Notes: generated by a model from the letters alone, not told the origin. 64,000 bases of DNA from Alphaproteobacteria bacterium (GCA_965261735.1 OZ253470.1:320001-384000); one strand, 5' to 3'; shown: positions 19,465-29,934, counted from the stretch's first letter. Numbers and translations are program-made.

Positions 19465-20649
19465 CTAAGCGTGCTGCGTCTGCTGTTTGAAAAAGCCACC
19501 GGCGCGGAGCAGCTTGACGGCGTGCAACATGACAGCCGTGACGACGATCTGCCCGTTCGCCGCCTTGGTGATCTCGTCCGGAATGAGGGTAATTCCTTCC
19601 CAAATCGGACTGACCATATCCCGACGCGAACCAAGCCGGATCACGGCATTCTGCTTGTTGCTCGCAGCGGCAGGGACGTGAGCAGAGACTTTCACGCCAG
19701 CCGTGACGGACATAAGGTCCTCTAGCGCCGCACGGTCGCCCGCATTGTCGGAACGGAACACGCCAGCGGCATGGCCATAGGTCGAAGCGCCCATGACAAT
19801 GCGGAGATCGCCAACGCCCCCGGCGTAGGTTCCGTCCACGCGGCCATAACCCAATTCGCTGCGATAGTTGGCATAACTCGTGACGGCGGCGACGTTGTGA
19901 TTCGCCAAATTTGTGCCGGTGAAAAGCCCGTTGGTCCCGGCCAGGATTTGCTTGTCGAGTCCATCGGCCAGCGCGTCGGACAGGTTCATGCGCAGCGCTT
20001 CGTCCATGCTAGAGAATCGGGCACGATCCTCGCGAGAATAGAAAAAGCTCGCCTGCAAGCGCGAAGGCGAAAGCACGTCCGCAGCGAATGAGCCGGTCGT
20101 CTCCGCAGCCGGTCCATTCTCTGCGGGCGTATGAACATCGGCGTTCGTGCTGAGAACGGGATAGACCGCTTCGCCAACGGCAACGGTCGGCATATCCACA
20201 GACATGAAAGCCGCGCACGATTGCGGAAACACGCCAGGGATTATAGCGCTCTGATTCTGCGCCACCTGCCCCGGCGCCGGAGTGACGGCGCGAGTCTCAA
20301 GCAAGGTCAACGGGACCTGATTTGCACCAAGGCCAAAGTGCTGCTGAAGCTCGGCGGTATGGCCATCAGTCTGACGGTGTTCCAACGTCGCGGAAAAGAT
20401 CGCCCCGACATCCGAACCATCGATCAGACTGCGAAGCTCGCGACCCTCAGTGTCTTCGAAACGCGTCTCAGCCGGCGAATCTTCCGATGTGACGGAAGCC
20501 TGATACTTGGCTTCAACGTCCACATATTCGGTTCGCAGCGTCCCGATTTCGGAGCGCAGCTCGTCCGTCATTTCCTCAATCGCGGCCAGCTCAGCAAGCC
20601 GCTTGCGAATTTCAGAAGCACGCAAAGCATGGGTTTGACTGGCGAGCAT
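19465..20649 (-). CDS. Phage major capsid protein (HK97-fold, probable)
   Basis: N-terminal coiled-coil scaffold-like region (EIRKRLAELA...), ETRAVT junction, LADGLDKQILAG; next to HNH and terminase genes. Confidence 0.7.
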   Translation of the reverse strand: MLASQTHALRASEIRKRLAELAAIEEMTDELRSEIGTLRTEYVDVEAKYQASVTSEDSPAETRFEDTEGRELRSLIDGSDVGAIFSATLEHRQTDGHTAELQQHFGLGANQVPLTLLETRAVTPAPGQVAQNQSAIIPGVFPQSCAAFMSVDMPTVAVGEAVYPVLSTNADVHTPAENGPAAETTGSFAADVLSPSRLQASFFYSREDRARFSSMDEALRMNLSDALADGLDKQILAGTNGLFTGTNLANHNVAAVTSYANYRSELGYGRVDGTYAGGVGDLRIVMGASTYGHAAGVFRSDNAGDRAALEDLMSVTAGVKVSAHVPAAASNKQNAVIRLGSRRDMVSPIWEGITLIPDEITKAANGQIVVTAVMLHAVKLLRAGGFFKQQTQHA

Positions 20650-20726
20650 TTCTCTGGACCTCTGGCAAATTGATAGAAGATGCCAATACTCGGTCTAGAC
20701 TTGGCTCAGGGATATAGCGACTTTCC

Positions 20727-20969
20727 TCAATAGTAATTGACTTTCTCCAGAAGAGATAAAGGGTATAATTGGCAACCCCGGCAAAGCGTCTGGAGGCTGT
20801 TCGGATCGTAGGGGTCCTGTCCAGGATCGCGCTCTAATGGTGTGACGTGATCGCATTCTAGCCGTCCCGCCTTGCCGCACTGGACACAACGCCAGCCGTC
20901 ACGCTCGAAGACAGCGCGGCGTACGGCGTCCCAGCGGCGAGCATTCAGGTGGGTGTGGTGGCGGCTCAT
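20727..20969 (-). CDS. Phage packaging-type HNH endonuclease (C-terminus possibly disrupted)
   Basis: RDGWRCVQCG...ECDHVTPL...NSLQTLCRGC. Confidence 0.75.
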   Translation of the reverse strand: MSRHHTHLNARRWDAVRRAVFERDGWRCVQCGKAGRLECDHVTPLERDPGQDPYDPNSLQTLCRGCQLYPLSLLEKVNYY

Positions 20970-21033
20970 GTCCTCCTTTGCGAGAATAGTTTTAGAGGGG
21001 ACACAGGGCGTCACTCTGTGGCACCACTCACCA

Positions 21034-21543
21034 TCAGCGGCATGTCGTGATGCCGTCGGTAACTTTCTTTTGCCAGTTAAGCCCCAAGACGCGTTTAGCG
21101 TCCAACGCATTTTGATAGCCAGAATCTCCCGTATTCATCATGAAAACCTGCATCTGTGCGCTATTGCGTCCGGTCACCACCGTGATGGGCGGTGTGTAGG
21201 TTCGAAAATTGCCGTGCGCGGTTCGTCCGACAGTGTTCACAGTTCCGGTGGTGTACGAATTCGAACCCGGGACTTGGTGGACTTGCACGTTGCTATCCGT
21301 TCCAACTCCACTTAGCGAAAAGCGTTCATAACCCTGCCGCAGCGTAGCGACAGCTGCCATTTGATTTGCAACTCGCAGGGCTCCAGCAGTTCCGCAAGCT
21401 GGAGCTGCACTAGTCGAAACAACTGCCTGATTTCTTGAGGTTTGTAATATTTCCGTGCGCGCACAGGCAGTTAACCCAAACATCACAGCCAAAGCAGCGA
21501 CGGCGACGGCGTGCTGTCCCCAGCAGCGTTTACATAAGTCCAT
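21034..21543 (-). CDS. Putative lipoprotein
   Basis: Hydrophobic signal ending GLTAC lipobox; start uncertain. Confidence 0.6.
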   Translation of the reverse strand: MDLCKRCWGQHAVAVAALAVMFGLTACARTEILQTSRNQAVVSTSAAPACGTAGALRVANQMAAVATLRQGYERFSLSGVGTDSNVQVHQVPGSNSYTTGTVNTVGRTAHGNFRTYTPPITVVTGRNSAQMQVFMMNTGDSGYQNALDAKRVLGLNWQKKVTDGITTCR

Positions 21544-21662
21544 CAGTTTTCCCCCTCCTGATACAAATTCACAAACGGCCGCCCTGAAGGCAATGGCCAG
21601 TCCGCCCTTCAGGCACCGTCCGTGTCCGTCTGTCTCATTAGGGGTTCCCCGCCCGTGCTCGA

Positions 21663-22373
21663 TCAACAGTCGAAATCAGCTGCCAGAACATCTCTCAGAC
21701 GTTGTTTTTCATTGTCAATAAACTGTTCCTTTTTACTTTCTCCATTTATTGCATGTATGTGACTTACACACTCTGATCCAATTTCTAACAATGTTACCAA
21801 GTCATTTCTTACCTGTTTGTCGTTGTGAATTATTTCTCCATATTCGTTGGACCACCCCATCAACACGCTTCTTGCTGATATATGAGTCGAATCATTCCAC
21901 CAATTATTTCTTTTTCTCATCCAAATCACAGTATCTGGGAGTACACCTTTCTCGTGAAGAGCATCCCACATCGCACGTAGACTCGGACGTTTTTTTTCAC
22001 TGGTCAAAGTAGTCCATTCCCTACGCTGGTCTTCGAAACTTCTAGTTAGAAAACTTTTGGCCTCCTTGTCGCCTGCGACGAATTCGAACCACATTCCACT
22101 AGTGAAACTCTCCAACATTGGTCTCTGCGTTATTCCGAACACCAGGCCTTCTCGCCGGTTTTCTAAACACCTCTTCAGTAGGTCCGCCCCCAATCGTGCT
22201 ATCCTCACCGTGGCGTTGTACTGCAAAATGGCTGCCGTACCTTTCAACCCAATTGTTGCAATGTAGTGCTCGCGAGGTTTCTTCGAACGTTCAACCTCTA
22301 GCTCCCAGTCCGAAAGACTTCGGTGAATTTCGTCTAGTATTTCGCTCAAATCAGCTGTCGACTGTATTGGCAT
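21663..22373 (-). CDS. Hypothetical protein, HEPN-like
   Basis: 236 aa, AT-richer than flanks; RPMLES and NDSTH motifs. Confidence 0.6.
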   Translation of the reverse strand: MPIQSTADLSEILDEIHRSLSDWELEVERSKKPREHYIATIGLKGTAAILQYNATVRIARLGADLLKRCLENRREGLVFGITQRPMLESFTSGMWFEFVAGDKEAKSFLTRSFEDQRREWTTLTSEKKRPSLRAMWDALHEKGVLPDTVIWMRKRNNWWNDSTHISARSVLMGWSNEYGEIIHNDKQVRNDLVTLLEIGSECVSHIHAINGESKKEQFIDNEKQRLRDVLAADFDC

Positions 22374-22633
22374 AGGTGCCGTCTCCTTCTACAGAGCCCC
22401 GCCCACCGAACTGGCTGCGCTTGCGCTGCGTCTGCTGGCGCAGTCGTCGCGTTCGAAGATGGCCTGAGGGCGGGCGTTTAAGTTTAGAAGGTGATGACTC
22501 ATCCCGCCAGCACCGCGCACCGCGCCTCGGACATGGCCGCCGCCAGCAACGGGCGAGACGACTCGGCGACCATTAACGGCCCATCCGCCGGTAGTGCCAG
22601 CGCGCCCGGTACAACGTGTCTTGTGGGATCGAG

Positions 22634-23032
22634 TTATACCATCCCCAGATAGACTCCGGCCCGCGGCCCAGCCTGAAGGCCCGACCTGATCCCGGCGGAC
22701 ACGGCCAAGATCGCCGCCGCGCTCGCGTCATCCTTGGCTCTCATTCGGCGCCCGCCTTCCGAGCCCTTGGCGAGTTTTTGATTTCCGGATGGGTCGCTGA
22801 TCGTCCTGGCTTCGGCCATCGCGCTCCGGAGCAGGAGTGATGGTGACGGCGACACCCGCCCCTCAGCGCATGCGCGGCGGAATTGTCGGACATCTTCGGC
22901 GCCGTCGCGGTAGCCCATGCCACGCACTTCCAGCGCGGCCGGGGGTACGCCGGCGGCCTCCAACGCGTCGCGCAATTCGGCTTCTCTCCAGCGGTCGGCG
23001 ACCACAAGATCAGGCCGGCCGAAGCGTTCCAT
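22634..23032 (-). pseudogene. Phage terminase large subunit C-terminal fragment
   Basis: VADRWREAEL...RGMGYRDG...DPSGNQKLAK...DDASAAAILAV nuclease-domain tail. Confidence 0.65.
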
Positions 23033-23201
23033 GCCGGCTCTCAGGAGGGGTCGGGCCGGGTAGGAGGGGCTCGGTAACGAGGTAACGACCCCTCCTACCC
23101 GGCCGCGTTCGGTTGTGGGGTGATGGGGGGGGGCAGCGGTACGAGAATTCAGGGTGATCGCCTCAACTTGTTTATTGAGCGCGCCGCATCTGTTGGTGTC
23201 A

Positions 23202-25706
23202 TCAAGGCTCTACGAGGACAAAGTCCGAGCCACGGGAGTAGCCGACGGGGACTTGGCTGATCGGCTCCTGCACTAGCCTGTAGGCGAGAGTGGGCATCTC
23301 CAACGTCACATAGTCGATGATCTCCCGCACGGAGACCCGTCCGTCGCTTTCTCGGTCGCCCATGCCGTCGGCAGCCCCGTGGATACCTTCGATGACGAGG
23401 TACGTCAGTGCACCGTGAGGTACAACCTGAAGCTCTGTGGCGTTCTCATGAGCCCGGGATGCAGCGAGAATGTGGATGCCGCCGACGCGGGCAAGACGCC
23501 GCAACGATTTCTGCGCGACCGTGTCGTCGAGACCGCCGCCACGCGAATTCGATAAGGCGTCGAACGCCCCCACAACCGCACCGGAGCGACACGAATCGAG
23601 GATGAGGAACACGCGTTGAGCACGTGCGCGCGTCAGCAGCTGCATAAGTCGTTTGCTGGACAGCCCGAAGCGGCGAATCTGCGCATCATGGTCGGCCTGC
23701 GAGGTCGCCTCGCGCTTCCACTCGCTCGTGAACGGGAGAAGGTACCACTCCCATCCGCCTCTCTCGCGAAACGCATATCCGTGGCCCGAGAAGTAGATCA
23801 CAAGCACATCGTTGGGCGACATGGAGGCTTCGAGAATACGTTCCTCGATTGCGGGCTTATTGGCCGACGCGTCGAGCAGTGTCACGGTCTGGACATCGGC
23901 AAAGACGCTGCCTCCTCGTTCGCGCAACGCGGAGACCAAGGCCTGCGCGTCGTTGCGCGCGTAGAACAATTCCCACGCTCGACGGACATAGTCGTTGATT
24001 CCGATGGCGACCATGCGCAGGGCGGGACGGGAAGGAGCCGCAGAGACGACCACGCTGCGTACCGGCGACGGCGGTCCCTCAATGCCACCGTATCCGACAC
24101 CGAGAGCCCGGAATTCATTGCGCCCGGGCGCCAGGGGCAAGCGAAACCGGGCAATTCCATCGGCCTTATCCAGCCGACCGTCGGGGACGAGCTTGGCGTT
24201 GTGATAAAGACGGATCTCAGATAGCAGCTTCACCGGGTAGTCGGATTCCGCCCGCCGCACTGTCACCGATATCGTTTCGCCCGGAACCCGACTATCGGAG
24301 GGCATCGGATCAATCACGACCCGGGGCGGACGGAGATAGCCTTCGTCGGAAAGGTCGTCGACCTCTGCGGTGAGGTAGTCGGCCCCATCGGGCGCCCCAA
24401 GCTTCGCCAAAAGCCCCGGCTCGAAATAGGGCTCCGAGAACGCATCGACCGGCAGATCATAACGGATTCTGGTTGCGGTCTCGCCTGACCAAGAGAGCGC
24501 ATCGACTCCCGCCTGCGAGCCGTCGAAGCGCCCGGCACGGTCGAGCACCGTCCAGCCCTGGGCGGTGGAGACGAGCCAGCCGACCGCTGTTGGCTCCCGG
24601 CTCTCAAGCGAATGGATGGCTATGGTCCCATCGTCCTCACCGCCGAAGACCCATTGTCTCGAGGTATCGAGCAGGAGCGGCTGTGAATAGCCCGGGGAGA
24701 ACTCTACTGACGCCAAGCGTCGGATCTTCCCGGACACCGTCCAGACCTCAACCAAACCGCCAGAGCCACGTGCCGCAATGCGAGTCCCGTCTCCGTTCAT
24801 CGCAAGTGCCTCAACCGTGCCGCCAAGCCGCTTGGTCGGCACGGTGAAAAGCCTCCTCGGCGCATTCTCGTCTGCCAGCGTCCACGCGCACAGATGCCCG
24901 CGTGCATCACCGAGCACGACGCGCGTTCCGATTGGTGTGAACACCCCCGTAGTGATCGGAACACCGCGGGCACAGCCCTTGAGGCGACCCAGGATCCGCA
25001 CCCCCGAGCCGGTGATCCGCCCATGGATCAGAGTGCCAGCCGCCGCAGGATAGACCACAGTGGACCCGTCGGGCGAGAGGATGGGCTGCCCCTCGCCGGC
25101 AGCATCGGAGAGTGCGACCGGGCGAGCGCCTATCGCGGCGACATGCCAGCGGCCATCACGGGTGCGAAATGCCATTGCGCTACCATCGGCCGAGAGCGAG
25201 GGGGTGGAACTGGCATCGAAGCCCCGGATGGCGGCCCCGAGGGCGCGGTGTTCGCCGTCGAGGTACAGCGCGCTCGTCGACCCATCGCGGTGGACGACCA
25301 CAATCTCGGCTGAACGCCCGGCCCCTCGAACAACTCCGGCGACAATGTCGCCAAAGCGCCCGCTGACCCGCATGCCGCGTTCGAGATCCCACAGATGCGC
25401 GGCTCCATCGGCATGCACAGCAAGAATCAGGCGCCGGGTCTTATCGGCGGAAAAAGCGATTGTGGCACCTGCCCGGCGCTGGGGGTCGATAACGAGCGTG
25501 GGTCGAATCCGGAATCGTTGGGGCTCGCTTACGATCCGTTTCCATGAGTCCAAAGTAGGCCGCGCCATCCCTTGCACGACGCTCCGCATGGTCGCTTCAG
25601 CGGGGTCCGCGCAGACGAAGGTGAGCACGGCGCCGGTGAGCAGCAGGGCAAGCACGCGCCTCCAAGGAAACGGTCCGATGACAAGATTCACCGAGACTGA
25701 GCCCAT
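23202..25706 (-). CDS. Exported WD40/beta-propeller + Ig-like + caspase (peptidase C14) protein
   Basis: Signal peptide (AEA); WD-like repeats (HLWDLE, VEVWT); IGINDY, catalytic FSGHG and LDSCRSG. Confidence 0.88.
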   Translation of the reverse strand: MGSVSVNLVIGPFPWRRVLALLLTGAVLTFVCADPAEATMRSVVQGMARPTLDSWKRIVSEPQRFRIRPTLVIDPQRRAGATIAFSADKTRRLILAVHADGAAHLWDLERGMRVSGRFGDIVAGVVRGAGRSAEIVVVHRDGSTSALYLDGEHRALGAAIRGFDASSTPSLSADGSAMAFRTRDGRWHVAAIGARPVALSDAAGEGQPILSPDGSTVVYPAAAGTLIHGRITGSGVRILGRLKGCARGVPITTGVFTPIGTRVVLGDARGHLCAWTLADENAPRRLFTVPTKRLGGTVEALAMNGDGTRIAARGSGGLVEVWTVSGKIRRLASVEFSPGYSQPLLLDTSRQWVFGGEDDGTIAIHSLESREPTAVGWLVSTAQGWTVLDRAGRFDGSQAGVDALSWSGETATRIRYDLPVDAFSEPYFEPGLLAKLGAPDGADYLTAEVDDLSDEGYLRPPRVVIDPMPSDSRVPGETISVTVRRAESDYPVKLLSEIRLYHNAKLVPDGRLDKADGIARFRLPLAPGRNEFRALGVGYGGIEGPPSPVRSVVVSAAPSRPALRMVAIGINDYVRRAWELFYARNDAQALVSALRERGGSVFADVQTVTLLDASANKPAIEERILEASMSPNDVLVIYFSGHGYAFRERGGWEWYLLPFTSEWKREATSQADHDAQIRRFGLSSKRLMQLLTRARAQRVFLILDSCRSGAVVGAFDALSNSRGGGLDDTVAQKSLRRLARVGGIHILAASRAHENATELQVVPHGALTYLVIEGIHGAADGMGDRESDGRVSVREIIDYVTLEMPTLAYRLVQEPISQVPVGYSRGSDFVLVEP

Positions 25707-25716
25707 CGCCCCAGAC

Positions 25717-27852
25717 CTACTGCGCCGGCATCACGGTCTCGTAGACCAGAATCGCGACAGAGCGATGAGAGTATTCTTCACCAGCGCGAAGCGCCTCGGC
25801 AAGCTCGACGAGATAGGCCTTGGGGCGCTCGACGACAGAGAGATCCTTGTGCCGCGAAGTCAGCGCGTCGACCTGAGAGGTCTCATCAGACACGACGGCG
25901 ACCAGCATCCCGAGGCCGACCGGCGGGCTCACCCGCAAGCGGAAGGATTGGTCGGGACCACTCTGAGGCACATGTTTCGCCTCACCTGCGCGCACATGCA
26001 CCGGAATACCGCTCGCTAAACTGAACTCATTGGGAAATATCTGCACCATGTCGCCCGTCGCATCGATATCGAGCAGCACGAGCTGGCCATCGCGGGGACT
26101 TGTGACGACGACCTCAAGCTCGGAGCCGACCTGAAGGCGCGTGCCCTGCCTGATGCGAAGGTTCACGCCGTTTCCGGGCTCCGCAGCGGTGCCCGGTGCC
26201 GGTCCGACAAGGATGTCTTTGACCGCTTTCGCCTGCAGAGGGAGCGATACGGCGACGGGTAGAAACGCGGGAGCGTCCATCGCATTCGAGGCACCATGGA
26301 GCTGCGGGGTGAGCCCACGCGGGCAGCGATTCGTGTGCCGCGCGCAGTAAGCTTCAGACTCGCGGAGCACGTACTCGTGGAGTTCTGAACGGGTTACGAC
26401 CCCATCGTCGTCGGCATCGGCCTCAGCGTCCCTCATTCCGGAAAGGATCCTGCGGGTGAACACGCTCAACGGACGGCCGCGCAGCTCCTCGTCCACGAGC
26501 GCCTTCTGATGAGCCGCGACTGCAGTCCACACTGTTACATCGGCCGTGCGAAGCTGCGGGTCCTTCGCCGAGAGGAACGCCTCGGGGACCGAAGTCGAGA
26601 CGGCTTGGCTCGCACCTACGGCTCCGAGGCGTAGCGGCCCGCCGTCAGGGCGGCGCGGGCTCTTGACATAGCGCCACCCCTCGCCGACTACCGAGATCCG
26701 GTCACTGGTGCCGGAGTGACAGGCATCGATGACCACGTTGACGCGGCGTCCGGAGAGCCGATTGAGCAATGTCGCCATCTCGTCATCCGTGATCATGCCC
26801 GCAATGGTCTCATCATCGCGCACGACCACGTCAACGGGCACGAGAGTCTCGTCGAAACGATCGGGCTCGTCGCCGTTCGTATCGGGCTGCTGGAAACCAT
26901 GGCCGCTGAAGAATAGAAAGATCTCATCGCCCGGCCTCGTCCCTTCAACAAGCCATTCCTCGACTTCACGAAGAATATTGGCCCTGGTCGCCTCGGCATC
27001 GAGCAGGAGTCGGACGTCGCCGGTGTCAAACCCGAGATCGTCGGTGATAAACGCGTGCATCGCCTTCACGTCGTTGACCGGGCCCACCAAAGGCGAGACA
27101 TGTTGATAGGCATCGATGCCTATCAACAATGCCTTGCGCGCTGAGTGCAGGGGTAAGGACGGCACACCGCCTCCGGCGGTCGGCCCCAGTAGCACGACCT
27201 CGACGCGGCGATTGCGCGCATCCTCACCCGGCACGCCGGGCAGCGAAAATTCCTCTCCCAAGCCAACCTCGACGAGCCTGTGCGCGGCGATGTGGTCCGC
27301 GACCAGACGGCGTTTGACGGCGCTAGCGCGCCTCAGCGAGAGTGCCCGGTTGTAGGCTCGATCACCTACACTGTCGGTGTGGCCCTGCACCGCGAAGACG
27401 AGGGAGCCCAGCGCGTCAAGCTTGAGCGCCTTCGCAAGCTCCGTGACCTGTTCCTGTGCACGAGGGGTCAGCCGATCGGAGTCGAACTCGAACTGAATGG
27501 CAGGCAGCGCGATTCGCCGCGAGACCGGATGCTCGGCAGGCGATGGCTGAGAAGCGCCAGGATCTTCACTGGCGGGCTCGTACTCGACCTTTCTCTTCCT
27601 CCCGGATGGGAGCGGAGTCGCTGGCGAGAGCTGGCTGGCGATCGCCTCAGCGGGAACGATGGGAGAAAATTCGGATGCGGTACTGATGCTCGATGAGCAC
27701 ACTCCAAACATGGCGAACACCAGTAGAAATCGCAGGAACGAGGTGCCGGTCATGACGATGGACTCATTGGCGAGAGGTGGCGAAGGGAGGCACTGCCTGC
27801 TACGGGAGCCGCGCGACAAGGGGAGGAAGATGCTCGGCCGAACACGCATCAA
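25717..27852 (-). CDS. OmpA-like + caspase (C14) + DUF4384 fusion protein
   Basis: OmpA motifs FEFDS, QGHTDSVG, NRALSLRRA, NRRVE; caspase IGIDAY, FSGHG, IDACHSG; C-terminal DUF4384-like QIFPN. Confidence 0.88.
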   Translation of the reverse strand: MMRVRPSIFLPLSRGSRSRQCLPSPPLANESIVMTGTSFLRFLLVFAMFGVCSSSISTASEFSPIVPAEAIASQLSPATPLPSGRKRKVEYEPASEDPGASQPSPAEHPVSRRIALPAIQFEFDSDRLTPRAQEQVTELAKALKLDALGSLVFAVQGHTDSVGDRAYNRALSLRRASAVKRRLVADHIAAHRLVEVGLGEEFSLPGVPGEDARNRRVEVVLLGPTAGGGVPSLPLHSARKALLIGIDAYQHVSPLVGPVNDVKAMHAFITDDLGFDTGDVRLLLDAEATRANILREVEEWLVEGTRPGDEIFLFFSGHGFQQPDTNGDEPDRFDETLVPVDVVVRDDETIAGMITDDEMATLLNRLSGRRVNVVIDACHSGTSDRISVVGEGWRYVKSPRRPDGGPLRLGAVGASQAVSTSVPEAFLSAKDPQLRTADVTVWTAVAAHQKALVDEELRGRPLSVFTRRILSGMRDAEADADDDGVVTRSELHEYVLRESEAYCARHTNRCPRGLTPQLHGASNAMDAPAFLPVAVSLPLQAKAVKDILVGPAPGTAAEPGNGVNLRIRQGTRLQVGSELEVVVTSPRDGQLVLLDIDATGDMVQIFPNEFSLASGIPVHVRAGEAKHVPQSGPDQSFRLRVSPPVGLGMLVAVVSDETSQVDALTSRHKDLSVVERPKAYLVELAEALRAGEEYSHRSVAILVYETVMPAQ

Positions 27853-28445
27853 TGCGCCACCACCGAGGTCTGGAGTGTCGCCACACTCCAGTCGTCGGGA
27901 TTTATCCGTCCGAGTGCATCGTTCAGGCGACGGTTATACTGCGCGGGACTCAAATCGAGCGTGGCGATACCGCCAGCCTCTTTCAATAAATCTGCCCCCG
28001 AGAGGAACTCCAGGGGGCTGCGGGTCGCGACCAAATAGAAGGCTTCGTCTCCTGCGGGTGGCTTGACGACGATCTGAACGCCGCTCTCGGACAGGGGAAA
28101 GTCGATGATCTCCGCAGGGCGCATTGCGAGGTTGTGGATGAACCTCGTCACCTTGCATGACGTGCTCACGTGGAAGAGGCTGAGGAAAGAGGGGGAGCTG
28201 ACCCGCATCTGAAGACGAAGCGGCTCGCCCACGTTGAATCGGCCATCGGGCACTGCCCATGCTTCGACCACGAACTTGCGACCCTCGTATATGGTCGGCA
28301 ATTCGCACTGTGATGCGTATGCAGGCTTGGCGAGAAGCACTGCAACCGACAAAGACGCGACAACTAGAAGCAAGAGGCTACGAGGATGGATGGCGCTCGA
28401 CATGACGTCAGTCTCCGTTGCAGGTGCTTCACTGCGCAAAGCCAT
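27849..28445 (-). CDS. Exported DUF4384-like protein
   Basis: Signal peptide AYA; close paralog of 29164-29856; stop overlaps the start of the next gene. Confidence 0.75.
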   Translation of the reverse strand: MALRSEAPATETDVMSSAIHPRSLLLLVVASLSVAVLLAKPAYASQCELPTIYEGRKFVVEAWAVPDGRFNVGEPLRLQMRVSSPSFLSLFHVSTSCKVTRFIHNLAMRPAEIIDFPLSESGVQIVVKPPAGDEAFYLVATRSPLEFLSGADLLKEAGGIATLDLSPAQYNRRLNDALGRINPDDWSVATLQTSVVAH

Positions 28446-28461
28446 AACGGCAAAAAGGGAC

Positions 28462-29112
28462 CTACTCGATGTAAATGACTTGATGCTGTCCCACCCAGTG
28501 CGAATGAGCCTTCTTCAGCGAGATGCTTAGATCCTTAGCAACCGAGGCCGCATCGCCCCGAAGCGCCAGGAACGGCCCTGCCTGAGTCTCCTGATCGATC
28601 AAATCCTGTGCCAAGGGAGCACTGTCCTTCGATGCGATCACGGTGAGCAGTTCAGCCCCCTTCGGGTGGGAGACGACGAACTGGTAGTCGGCCTCCTGGC
28701 GCGGGATGGCGACCGGATTGTCCGCGAGCACAAAGTTGTCGCTCTCGTAACGGTTGGGGTAGACTTGATGCACCTTTCCGCTCGTACCGGTGTCGAATAC
28801 CCATACGTACGCGTCCTCGCTCACCTCGACGGTGATCACGAGGCTATCACCGTGGCTGTAGCGACCATCGGAGCGGTCGACCGCGGTCCTGACCGAAAGC
28901 CCCGGAGCCTCAGACTCCGGCTGGCTCGCGGGTATCGGCGCGAGATCCGCCATAGGGACCTGCCGGATATCGAGGTCCTTGAGATACACTGGTTCGGCGT
29001 TGGGTTGGGCGTCATCACCGCTCGCAAGTGGCGCTCCGAACTGGGTGAGCGCGAGAAACGCGGCCAAGGCAAGGGCTGCGCCCAAGGCGGGAAGCCGGGG
29101 TGAAGTGGCCAT
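28462..29112 (-). CDS. Exported DUF4384 protein
   Basis: Signal peptide; DAYVWVFD..TSGKVHQVYPN...PKGAELLTVIAS. Confidence 0.78.
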   Translation of the reverse strand: MATSPRLPALGAALALAAFLALTQFGAPLASGDDAQPNAEPVYLKDLDIRQVPMADLAPIPASQPESEAPGLSVRTAVDRSDGRYSHGDSLVITVEVSEDAYVWVFDTGTSGKVHQVYPNRYESDNFVLADNPVAIPRQEADYQFVVSHPKGAELLTVIASKDSAPLAQDLIDQETQAGPFLALRGDAASVAKDLSISLKKAHSHWVGQHQVIYIE

Positions 29113-29163
29113 CGTTTTGTCCTCCTTTTAGCTAGTGTTGAACAAGTCAGGTACAGACTGCGA

Positions 29164-29856
29164 TCATCGACCGACAACTGAGGTTCGAAGGGTCAGAATG
29201 CTCCAGTCATCGGGATTGATCCTTCCGCGCGTATCATCCAAGCGCTCGTAGAACTGAGCTGGGCTCAGGTCGAGACTGGCGATGCCCGCGGTCTCACTCA
29301 AGATGTCGGCGCCGGAGAGAAAATCCATCGGCGACCGGGTTGTCACGAAGTAAAACGCTTCCTCGCCCGCCGGCGGCTTCACCGTCATCTGAAGCCCGCT
29401 CTCACGGAAGGGAAAATCAACGATCTCGGCAGCGGCCACCGAGCGATTCTCCAATAGCCTGGTCACTTTGCACGATGTGCTCACGTAGAAGATATTCATG
29501 TATGCTGTCGTGCTTACCCGCATCTGAAGACGAAGTGGCTCACCAACATCGAAGTTCGCATCGGGAATGGCCCACGCCTCGACGACAAACTTACGCCCTT
29601 CGTTGAGGTCAGGAAGTTCGCACCTATCCGTTTCGACAGGAACTTCTGTTTCGACAGGAACTTCTACTGGGAGCTCGACGGGGACTTCAATAGGAACTTC
29701 TACCGGCACTTCGACGACTTGGGGCTGCTGACAGGCCGCGAGTACTATCAGTATTCCGAGTAGCGTGAGTGAAACGCCGATACTACGCACAAAACATGCT
29801 GTCGGCAGATGACGAATGACGTCGCCGTCGCCGCTCCTCCTAATTGAGCCTTTCAT
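29164..29856 (-). CDS. DUF4384-like lipoprotein with VPVE-repeat linker
   Basis: Lipobox LAAC followed by (EVPV)n; start uncertain. Confidence 0.75.
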   Translation of the reverse strand: MKGSIRRSGDGDVIRHLPTACFVRSIGVSLTLLGILIVLAACQQPQVVEVPVEVPIEVPVELPVEVPVETEVPVETDRCELPDLNEGRKFVVEAWAIPDANFDVGEPLRLQMRVSTTAYMNIFYVSTSCKVTRLLENRSVAAAEIVDFPFRESGLQMTVKPPAGEEAFYFVTTRSPMDFLSGADILSETAGIASLDLSPAQFYERLDDTRGRINPDDWSILTLRTSVVGR

Positions 29857-29934
29857 TGATTCGTCTCCTCTCAGTACTCGACGCAAGCCTGGTATCGGCC
29901 GTATCACCCTTCCGTGCGGTGCCGGCAACTACGT

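Noticed and set aside
29630-29718. Short tandem repeats as a CRISPR-like array
   Set aside because: They are in-frame coding repeats (EVPV) with no spacers; I saw no CRISPR array or cas gene in the window
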